From contig NC_068985.1 in assembly GCF_001194135.2 (NCBI RefSeq), forward strand, positions 34,299,723 to 34,363,722: DNA of 64,000 nucleotides. Reading direction: 5' to 3'. Of this stretch, positions 41,701-53,800 are shown one piece after another; position 1 is the first letter of the stretch; each line of letters begins with the position of its first letter. The stretch comes from Octopus bimaculoides. Its lineage: Eukaryota. The notes under the pieces are model-generated. The model saw nothing but the letters and a program-made list of their open reading frames with translations, did no database searches and had not been told where the DNA came from. The position numbers were made by a program, and so were the translations under genes.

Positions 41701-44700
41701 CAGCGCCACCATTGACTGACTTCTGAGCTGGTGGCACATAAAAAGCACCAGCCGATCGTGACCGTTGCCAGTCTCCTCTGGTCCCTGTGCCTGTGGCACG
41801 TAAAAAGCACTCACTATACTCATGGAGTAGTTGGCATTAGAAAAGGCATCCAGCTGTAGAAGTACTGCCAGATCAGACTGGTGCCTGGTGCAGCCTCCTG
41901 GCTTCCCAGACCCCGGTCAAACCAGTCAAACCGTCCAACCCATGCTAGCATGGAAAACGGACGTTAAACGATGATGATGATGATATTATGAAGAGAATAA
42001 AATATGACAGTTAAAATGAATTTTGTATAGTTTCTACACTGTAGTTCCTAAAGTCAATAATTTTCTATGACCCCTTTTGTAATATTTTCCAATAGGGATC
42101 ACTTTACATTTGACCTTTTTCTTGATTAAATATTTCTTGGTTTTTGCTTTGTAATGAATGTTTATTGTGCTTTTATACTTATAGTTTATTGTATAAAATG
42201 TTTATGAACATTTCATATTTTAATAAATAATTCAAAAATATAAGATAACTTTTTAACCCTTTCAGAATTATACCTTCAACTATAGATGAGGGGCCACTGT
42301 TTTAAATATTGCTTATCAAAAAAGAAAGACCTGAGAATTTTCACAGTGTAATAAATTGTTGGACATTCTAATAGACAATTTACACTACATGTTTTAAATT
42401 ACATCTCATGGATGCTTTGGGATTCTTCATCAATTATTTTTCTTGGGTCTTAGAGGGTTTCAGGTCTTTTAACATTAGATTCCTTCACCTAGTTAACCCA
42501 GTCATGGTTGATCACCTCTCAGATTATATATATCCCAGTAGCAACAAATCACCAGTTTACTATCTTTGTCCAAATCCATCTTGTGACCTGTGTAGTTTCA
42601 GTAATAGAATTTATTGTTCTCCTCTTTGCTGCACCTGTAATTTCAAGCCCAGTGACTTCCTTGCAGAATAATTGCCCCAAAAAACCTCAGCAGCTTACTT
42701 GCATTGCTTCACATTGTGCCTACCAGTCCTGGTTTCTGCACAGCTCTGTCAGCTCTTTGCAAGCTTTCTTTCATGAGCCTCCTTCATGTGTTCTTCTCAG
42801 GGCTTAGTCAGTTCCCACATAATTGCCTGTTTGATAGAATTGGTATGATGTGCTCTAAAAAATTTAACTGTTCCATGGAATCCACTCTCAGGCAGCCTGT
42901 TTTGGGCTCTGGAAAGTAGGCATAGTGATTGATGTTTCAGTGAACTGGGACTCTCTCCATCTTCATTGATGGTACTTGGTGGTACTTGCTGGACTCAGTG
43001 GATGTTGTTATCACCTCTGTGACCACCTTGAATACTTGATCATGTCACCAACACTAGTAGCCATCAGCTAAGTCTTTGAAGCAGCTCTGTGGAGAGGTTG
43101 AAGGGATCCTCTTTCAGTACACAAGAAACAGAAAGGCACTTCACTCATGCCCCATGTGTAAAAATTTCTGGGATTTGTTGAAGTGTCATAAGAAACCCAG
43201 TCAATTAGTTGAATTGTGGTGATGGGATAGTACAGCAAATGAAGTGATAAGGAGTTAATGTGTACCCTACTAAGAAGGGAATTAATATATAATAGAATAA
43301 ATTATTGTTTAATTTTTTATAACTACACAAAAAGATCATATGTGCCTCCAATAATTTCATTTTTATATATTTTATTTTATTAAAAAATTAATAAAATAAT
43401 CTTTTGCTTTAATTAGATTCTAGATTAAGTTTTGCAGGTGGGATAGAGTTTAAGATTAGATTTGGGTTTTAATTTTTTAATACTCAAAGGAGAAAGAGTA
43501 AGGGTTAGGAGGTTGTTAGAATAATGGTTACTATTAGAATTCTATGGACAAGGCAAGTGTTTATGATTTGGGTTAATTCTTAATCCACAAAATAATTTTA
43601 TTTTCTAAGATCTTTAACAATATCATCATTGCAAAAAATAAGATTCATGGTGACAGTATTCATTTAGTAACATTCAATAGATATTTCAAAAGCATGATTT
43701 CTTATATTGCTAAATGAATTATAATAAAATAAAATAAAATTAATTATTACATAAAATATTTTGAGAAATACACTTGAAAAATTCAAGAAAATATTGATGT
43801 ATCTCACAATAAAATGAAAATCAATATAAAATCTATTGGAAGCATACAATTCATACAATTATATCATCTGGTGTACCACAGGAATCTGTTTTTGGTCCCC
43901 TTTTGTTAGTTGCATACATTAATGACATAGATGCCAATTTAAAGAATGCCACAGTGCTGAAACATGCAGATGATATTAAGCTGTACCTTGAGATAAAAAG
44001 GACAGATCCTGAACACTATAGTTCTTTCCTGCAATCAGACCTGGACACAATGCAACAATGGATCATGGACTGGCAACTCAAGCTGGCTGTGGACAAGTAT
44101 ACCACCATGCATTTTGGGAGGAAAACCCCAGCGTCCACATACTCTCTCCACAACATTAATATCAAGAAGTCTTCTTGTGAACATGACCTGGGCATTACTG
44201 TCAGCAGTGATTTGCACTGGACAAATTACATCTCTAAAATTGTCAAGAAGGCCAAGGGTGTCTTGGCATCACTTAGCAAGACCTTTGTCAGCTGCTGCCC
44301 AGCCATCTATTCAAGGCCATGGTGCAGCCATACTTGGAATTTGCATCACCAGTCTGGAACTTCTGTCTTGCTCAGGACATTGACTTCCTGGAAACTGTTC
44401 AGAGATGTGCAACCAAGTGAATATTCTCCATCAGGCATCTACCATACTCTGAATGCCTTGCTTCCCTGGGCATAGATACATTGAAGCTTCGACGTTTGGC
44501 AACTGACTTGGAAAACACCTACAAAATTATTAAGCATTGTGCCAATAGCCACCTTGAGTACTTTTTTGAGCTCCATGTGTCTAACACATGTGGGCATGCC
44601 TCCAAAGTCAGAAAACAGCACAGCTCCTATGACTTTTAGAAACATTTTTTACACTCAGAGTTGTTGAAGCATGGAACAAACTACCTGCATCAGTTGTTAA

Positions 44701-46154
44701 TTGCTGAGACATTGCATCCTTTAAAACCTGCATGCTTCCTGAAATTTGCCAACACTATACCTGATATCCCCACCTCCATACACATGCACACATGTATAAC
44801 ATGACTTATACACTGTTTACTTTCCTGGCTTTTGTACATAATTCTATGTACTGTACATGCACCTTTGATGAGTTGTAGTACATCTGAGCACTATATACAA
44901 TAATTTCATTATTATTATTATTAATAATAACGTATACCAGAGATGATAATTCTATTAATATGGGGAGAATTAAAGAGCAGGAATTGGCTGTGTTTGATAA
45001 ACCTCAAAAGTTGTACAACATCATACCAACATCACACAGGCAAGATGTGGATTCTATACTGTGAAATGTATGCCCTCACTTTGTGCACAGTAATGCAATT
45101 TGATTATTGCATGTCAAGAAATCAGGGCCTTAGGTGCACAAAACTGCATTCAGACAGTAGAAACATAGACAATGATTAATTCAGTATCCTTAGGGTTTCA
45201 TTTGGCTTGTTAGATGTAGTAGATAAGTAGTTAAAATGATTAGTGCAAGAAGTAGAACTCGTGATTGAATTGTAGCTAGGGCTGGAATAGATTACAAGAA
45301 GTGCTAAAATTTTCTTCCCTTATTAAAAATGAAAAGAATTTGCAGCTTCATATGAAAGGTAGATGGCATGGTGCATTTGTGAGGAGTTGAAATGATGCAT
45401 GAAAGAATGATATGAATATTGGTTAGGAATGGAATTAACACCATTTGTTGGATGTGCAATACTAACATGTATCACTGACTGAGTTGAAGCTGAGAAATTG
45501 ATTTTTTTCAGTGGATGTATAATGAAAAGGCATTTTTGTTGGATTAAATGTGTGGTAGAGAGAAATGGATGTGGAATGAAATGATGGTATAATAAGGACA
45601 CACTGCAGAAAAACTATAAACTTTGAAGTATGACCTGAAAACTCTGAAGCTTATTAATACATTACTATAATGTACTATAGAACATATTCATAGTGCTTTT
45701 AGCTAACACTTTGTGTTACAATGATTGTAAACAAACTGTCTGTACAATATCTGTGCTGATATAAAAAGGGTGTACAACTGTGTGTGCATTTTTATTGTTT
45801 TTGAAGTCTTCAGCAGCAACTGTGTACCCCAGTATCTACTGACCATACAATATAGGACAGATAATTAGTGAAAAATTCTTCATAGCCCTTTATCTTTTTA
45901 ATATATTAATGCAGGGTCTTTTTAATATATCTTTTCAGAAATTACAGAAGACTTTTTGGTAACAACTATTTGTTGTACTGTAGGAAGTGTATTATTATTA
46001 TTAATAACTTTGAGGCTTCTTGCTTATAAATTCCACAAAATAAGAGGTTGGTATGTTTTACACATTATTAAGATTTGTTAACTACATTGAGATACATATT
46101 CTTCAAACTCTCCTGGTTAAATATATGTTGGAATTTGTGTATATATATATATAG

Positions 46155-46189
<35 letters not shown>

Positions 46190-49100
46190 CGTGTATGTGT
46201 GTGTGCATGCATGTGTGTGAAGAATATACACCCTGCAGATTGTGACATATAACCAGAGTTCAGACTCAGTAGTGGGTCCCACTCCTATATCCAGTGCAAT
46301 ATGATGTGGAGTATCAAAGTAGGTGTGTAGACAATAAGCCATCTAATAGTATTAAAAAATATATAGAAAACATAAAATTTGATGCTTTATAAGCATTTAC
46401 GTATTTCAGCAAATTATCATCAGAGTTACATAATTGCTGTTGAAACATTATATAATTTTGTTAATTCACCTCTTTGGTTTTCAGCGAAAAATACAATGAG
46501 TGGTATTAAATGCTCAATAAATATTCTCAGTATGGAAATTATGAACAACATTGCTCGTGGCACAATGTAATTGGAGGTAAACAAACAGACAAACCATAGT
46601 GGTTTGAGGCCACACCTCTCATATCTCTGTAGATGCAACCAAGAAAATTATATAAATATCAACAACAATAACAATGCCAATAGAAATAGCAGAGATGGTA
46701 GCCACAGTTTCAGCATTTTGGTCATAAATCAGAGTCAAACACCCTGCAGATACTTAAATGTCAAGTTTTACAATAACAGTTGTCAATAACACTGGACAAC
46801 AAAGATTTTTCTACTGGAGTAGAAGCATGTGTTTCAGACTAAATCGAGTATGCTGATTCTGAATCTGCACTCAGAATTGTTCTAGCACATCAGGATTTGA
46901 GTTATGTGCATGCACAAGATTATAACTATACTTTCAGCTAGATATAGGCTGTATTATAAAATTTGCTCAAATGAAAGCGGTCTTAATTCAGAATTAAAGA
47001 AATAACAGCAATAAAACAAACAAGGAGAAAGTTTATTATTTAGTTTAGCAACAGATGGTGCTGATGTATTGTGTGCAATGCCAAATACATAAATTTGTTC
47101 TTGGTAACTCAGTGTTGTTTGTGCTTCTGTCACATGTGGTATGTGTATCTATTGCTCTGAGTGATTACTGTTTTAACTGTGTTCATTGTGTTAGATCATG
47201 AATAGGAGAGGCTGTGTAAATCCCCAGACAACTTTTGTTGTGTCTATGGAAAATTTGCTCCATGAGACCAGTGGAGGAACATTGCTACCGAATTAAAAAC
47301 TACCTTTAAATATTTCGGGTGTAAAGTTGGGGATCAAGACAAGAGGTGGGTACCTCCCATATGCTGCACCATGTGTTACTCAGGGCTTACACAGTGGCTG
47401 AATGGAAAATAGAAGGAAATGCCTTTTGCTGTACCAATGGTATGACATGAGTGAACCAATCATGTCTCTGATTATTACTTTTGTATGACCAATATTAGTG
47501 GTTTCTCAAAGAAGACCAAAGCAAAAATTGTGTATGCAGATTTTGAGTCGGCTCTAAAATCGGTCCCACATGACTTCATCTAATGTGATGCTTAAAATGG
47601 AACAGCTCTTGAATATATGATCAAAGATCAGTATTATATAATGTGCTGATAAGCCTGATGGTAATTAAAAAAAGCCAAATGTTTGAGTGATGATTTAGAG
47701 TAAAAAAAAAGTAAAGTTTCTAACGAAAAATCTTTTCTGATTAGTAAAAACTGATATAAAAGGTTTAAGAAGTGTTTGAATCTACACATTAAAAAATGAT
47801 TAGTGAAGCTGCCAGTATTGATACAGTGGTTGCTATAAATTATCATGAACAGCTGTAAAAAAAACAAAAATATGAAAAAAGGGAAAAAGATGGAAAGAAT
47901 GTCATGATATCTAAAGTGGGGTTATACTCGGAATAATATACAATGTTGATGAAACTGAGCTTTTCTGGAAACTCCATGCCCTACAAAAAGAAAATTCAGC
48001 ACAAGAATTTAAAGCTTCTGAAAATCATCCTATGCTTCTTTGAGGAAATGTCATGGGTAATACAAGATTAAAGCCCTCATTCATGCATCACTTGAAAAAT
48101 TCAAGGGATTGCAAGAGTTATCCAAATTTAATTTACTTCTGCTCTGGCATCCAAGTAAGGAGGGATGAATGACTAAGAGGCCTTTTGAAGTATGGTTTAC
48201 AAACATGTTTTGTCTTACTGTAGAAAGGCACTGTGACAGACAATATTTTCAACAAAGCATTGCTTTTTTTAGTCACTACCTCAAGTCACCTACTGAACTT
48301 AAATGGGGTTTCTGATAAGATAAGAGTAGAATATATCCCCAAGAACACAACTTCTTTGCTCCAGTCATTAAAGTATGATAGCTGATTTCAAAGCATATTA
48401 TCTGCAAGGAACTTTCAAGCAACTTATGAAAGCAACAAAAAGGCTAAACCAACAATTAGAAACTTCTGGAAGAAGTTTGACATAATGGATACTATGGATA
48501 ATATATCTGAGTCATGGGATGAAGTAAAGTGCATAACCTTGAATGGTGCTTAGAAAAAAAAAAGATAGCCAAACTTCATCTGTTTAAAAGTGTCCTACAA
48601 ACAGAACATCTACAAATTTGGAAACATATTCTAACATTTGCAAATGATTTCATACTAGATGATACGGTTAAGTTGCAAGTATCCCATAGGGAAAGTTTAT
48701 TTAACAAGGTGCTAATACTCTGAGTACAAAAGCAATCTTGGGCTTCATCACAGTCTCTAGAACTCCTAGTTTACATTCAGCCCCACATTAAAGATATGAG
48801 GGGGCTTGAGATGTTCTTCATTGCTGATTATGCCAGAGAAACCATGTGGACAGGAATCTTGCTTTTCATGTCCCTAGAAACATCATGTTGGCTAACTTCT
48901 AACCATCTGTTATTTTGCTTGTTGTGTGCTTTGTTTTACCAAAAGTGTTTGCATCTGAAAAAAACCCAAACCATGTTTGAATCCAAGATATGCTTTAACT
49001 TGTTTAAAAGTTCCTTACTTCTCTTCATGTGGTTCTCTTAGGATTTCTGAGTGAGCAGCTGTCCTGTCTGCATCTTGTAATGAAGGTCTTCATTCTCACA

Positions 49101-50779
49101 AGTTTTCATAATTTTATCAATGCTGTACAATCTCACATATCCCAATGGTGGGGTCTTCCTCAAGGAACTGCTTAACTTTCTGGGTGAAATCAGCACTTCT
49201 CACCCTTTGTTTACTACAATTATGAGTTTCCCAAAGTAGCCATAGTGTTAATGTCAGAGTTACTATCCTCTGACTATTTCCTTACCCTCTGGACCATGTG
49301 CAGTGATAGCTTTAGGTAGTCAGCCTTGGTATTCATGCCAACACAGTATTCATGCCAGCACAGACTGCAGACACCACCACCTTCTTTTTCCACTCCTCAG
49401 GCCACTTGTATTCATTTAATCGATCTGGGTTTGTTATTTCTTTGAAGTCATACATAAACAATATTAGTTTACACCATAACTTTCAAAATAGTATTTGATT
49501 TTTGGTTTAAACAGAGACACTAATTTAAAATACACATGCTGTACTTCGATAAAACTTTGAAAATGTTAAATTCCATTGCATATCTTTACCATTGTCTCAA
49601 AATTATTAATCTTTATTAATAATCCAGTCTATAAAATATTCCCATTTTATATCTAATTTCTTGAATATGTGGAAAATAGTCAATATTGATAGTACACACC
49701 ATAATTTCAGAACAGTTTGAAACTTGAAAGAATGCAAGCAACCTTAAATAATATCAATCTCTAACATGTTTCTATTAATTGGTGTATGTGTATGAGTATG
49801 AATGTGTTTGTGATTCTAGCTCCTTAGTATTTACTTTGGTAGTATCAGTACACTACTAACATAGTTTTTTAAAAAAATCTTATTTATAACCATGTTATCT
49901 ATTCTTTGTATTAATTTCTTAAAGATATGGACACTGCTTGTATGAATGGTTCGGAGAAAACTGATGGCAAGCATATAAGCATTTCTTTAATAAATTACAT
50001 TCATTAAAGCACAAGTTTATTCTTTTATTGATTTCAGCCCAAGGCTATAGCCATTCTGAAATTCTGATATTATACAGTACACTATTTTTGTTTCTAAATA
50101 CACATTTATACATAAAATATACATTACAATATATTTCAATATTATTTTTATACTACTTTTGTGCAACAGTAAAATAGTTAAAACATACTCTCCAAGCAGA
50201 TAATTCTGCTCAAATATTATTTAATTTCTTGAATCAGTGGAAGATCATTATATTGTTGTTCAAAACATGTTGCATACATATATTTTTGTATAAAATCATC
50301 TTCATTTAGCATCCATTTTCCTTGCTGGCATGGGTTGGACAGTTTGACAAGAGCTGGCAAACTGAAGAGCTGCCCAGGCTCCAAATGTCTGTTTTGACAA
50401 GGCTTCCAAGGCTTGATGCACTTCTTAATGTCAACCACTTTCCAGAGTCTATTGGGTGCTATTCATGTAGCACTAGCACAAGCTCTTTTTACTTGGCACC
50501 AACACAAGTGCTTTTTACAACATCAGCACAGGTGCTTTTTATGTGGCATCAGCACTGGCACTAGCACCTGTGGAATCACCAAGTAGCTTGCAAGTCAAAG
50601 ATCTTTCAGCTGAGAGAGGGAGTAGAACCAAAAGAATTGGTTGTATCTGAGGCAAGAGGTAAGAGTGTGATAGAGGGACAGAGATATCTCTATCTCTACT
50701 AAGAGTAGATATTTGGCTACCCCAGTAGGACAAGAAGGAGAGGAAGGTGGGAAAGAGTTAAAGAGAAAGACTGAGACAC

Positions 50780-50835
<56 letters not shown>

Positions 50836-53800
50836 CACATGGTACAGTGAGAAGCAGTATAAATAGTAAAGAGGGGATAGAGTGGATGTTTCAAAAGAGT
50901 GTGACTGAAGCTGTTTAGAGATAACAAGTGGTGGTGAAAGGAATTGGAATGGTTGGGAAGGGTCTTATTGGAGAGAGAGAGAGAAAAAGAGAGAGAGAGA
51001 GTGCGCGCGCGTGTGTGTGTGTGTGTGTGGAGGGTCCTGTCGTGGAGTGTCAGGAAGATGGGTTTTGACAGAGGACAGGTTATATATGTGTCTGAGAGGG
51101 TCATGGCTGTATGTACAGATGGCTATGATTTTACTTAGTTTGATATGTCTTCTCAAGCACAGCAAATCACCAGATGTTTTGGTTCCTTGTCATCTCCTCT
51201 GTGAGGTCCAATACCTGAAGATAATTTTTCACCACTTTGTCCCATGTCTTTCTGGGTCTACCTCATCTACAGGTTTCTTCCACATTTAGAGACAGGCACT
51301 TCTTTGTGCAGCTCTTTTCCTCCATACACATCACTTGATCATACCAGTGCAATCTTCTCTCTTGCACACTATATCTAATGCTTTTTATGTCCAATTTTTC
51401 TCTTAAATCACTGATAATGGAATACAATTCTCGGGGTATGAATTCAAGAACTTCTGTAAAATGCATGTGATAAAGCATATTTTCACTCCTTCCTACTACC
51501 TGAGGTCAAATGGGCAGGTGAAAAGATTTGTGGACATATTCAGAAGAACGTTAAGGAAAGCTAGGAATGAGTCAAGTAATGACGAAGTTCTAATGAAATT
51601 CTTAAGGGTATGTAGAGTAACCACCCCCAATCATCATCATCATCATCATTTAGCATCTGTTGTCCATGCTGGCATAAGTTGGACGGTTTGACCGGGGCTG
51701 GCAAGCTGGAAGACTCCAGTTTGCACCAGACTCCAGTTTGATTTGACATGGTTTCTATGGCTGGATGCCCTTCCTAAGTCCAACCACTCTGAGAGTGTAA
51801 TGGGTACTTTTGTGTGCCACCAGCATGGGTGCCATTTGAATGATACTGGTAACTACCACAATTGCGATTTTGCTTTGCTTGATGGGTCTTCGTCTCAAGC
51901 ATGACATAATGCCAAAGATCTCAGTCATTGCCTCCATGAGACCCAACACTCAAAAGAAACTCAGCAACTTTGCCTTTGCGAGGCCTAACACCCGAAAGGA
52001 ACTCACCTCTGTGAGACCTAATGCTCAAAAGGAATTCAGCCACTTTGCCTTCATGAGGCCCAACATTTGAAGAGAACTCAGCCACTTTGCCTCCGTGGGG
52101 CCCAACGCTCAAAAGGAACTCAGCCTCTTTACCTCCATGAGGCCCAATGCTCAAAAAGTGCTCTTTACATGCCACTGGCACGGGTGCCAGTTACATGACA
52201 CCAGCATCAGTCACGATCATGATTTTACTTAGCTTGATGGGTCTTCTCAAGCACAGCATATCGCCAAAGGTTTCAGTAACTGGTCATTGCCTCTGTGAGG
52301 CTCAGAGTTTGAAGATCATGCTTCACCACCTTGTCCCATGCTTCCTTGGTCTACCTCTACCACAAGTTCCCTCCACAGTTAGATATCAACACACCTGACT
52401 TCGTCAATATGCATCACATGACCATACCAGTGCAGTCGTCTCTCTTGCACACCACATCTGATGCTTCTTATACCTAACTTTTCTCTCAAGATGCTTATAC
52501 TCTGTTGGACATGCACACTTACATTGCACATCTAATGAAACACACTGGCTTCATTTATTTCAAGCCTACGCATGTCAGCTGTCACAGCCTGTGTTTCCCT
52601 ACCATGTAACATAACTGTACGCACACAGGTATCATACAATCTGCCTTTCATACTGAGAGATAGGCCCTTTGTTGCCAGCAGAAGTAGGAGCTCTCTGAAC
52701 ATTGCCCAGCCTTATCTTATTCTCACAGATATGTTCTTGGAGCATCTACCTCCGTTACTAACTTGGTCACCTAGATAATGGAAGCTATCTAGTACCTCCA
52801 GCTTGATCACCTGGCAGTTGATGAAGTCTGTTTTCTGCACATTTTCAGTGTTTTTTGTACCTGTGCATCTTCCACATATAAAAGTTATTTTTCCTGTTAA
52901 CCTTTCTCTGATTTTGCTGCACCTTTTATGTGTTCAAATCTTACACTGGGTACATCTTATGGAGTTTCTACCTAACACCTTTTCTACAGATTGAGCAGGG
53001 CCATCTACCTGAAGGGATTTGTGATTTGTCTGCCTTCCTACTTACTAAAACTTTGGTTTTTACTAGGTTAACTCTAAGGCCCTTCGATTCTAGACCTTAT
53101 TTCCATACCTGAACTTCTCTAGTTCTGATAGGGATTCAACTATAAGAGCAAAGTCATCAGCATAGAGGAGCTCCCAGGGGAAACCTGTCTTAAATTCTTC
53201 TGTTATTGCCTGGAGGACTATGATGAACAAGAGGGGGATGAGCACCGATCCTTGGTGAACCCCTACTTGTACCCTGAATTCTTCATAGTATTCATTGCTC
53301 ATCTTCACCTTACTGGTAGCATCCCTGTACAAGGCTTGTAGAAATCTCACCAACCACTCATCCATCTCTAGTTTCTGCATTGACTACCAGATAAGAGATT
53401 GGGTGACCTTGTCAAAGGCTTTCTCCAAGTCAACAAAAGCCAAGTACAGAGGTTTGGTATTTCTAACCAAGTATAGAGGTTTGGTTAAGTATTTCTCCTG
53501 AAGTTGTTTTACCAGAAATATAACATCAATGGTGCTTCTACCCGGCACAAAGACAAACTGCATCTCATCTAAACTAACTCTCACCCTAATTTGTTATGCT
53601 ATGACTCTCTCCATAACTTCCATCACCTGATCCAACAATTTGATACCTCTGTAATTATTTCTATTTAAGGCATCATCTTTGCCTACGTAGCAGTTGACTA
53701 TGGTACTGATACACCTGGTATCTTCCACCAATGACAATTGGTGGAAGATACCAGGCTGCCATCTGACATGCCCATTGAAATCTTCAGCCTCAAAGATGAG

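Noticed and set aside
38018-45938. Expected FN3 exon between Ig7 and the TM
   Set aside because: The acceptors I checked (about 39351, 39447, 42265, 42285) hit stops in phase 1, and no FN3 pattern was seen.
46633-46697. Candidate cytoplasmic exon CNQENYININNNNNANRNSRD (YxN motif, good acceptor)
   Set aside because: It needs a phase-2 entry. Joining it to the TM phase-2 donor creates TGA, and the phase-1 frame stops quickly. It would need an unseen intermediate exon.
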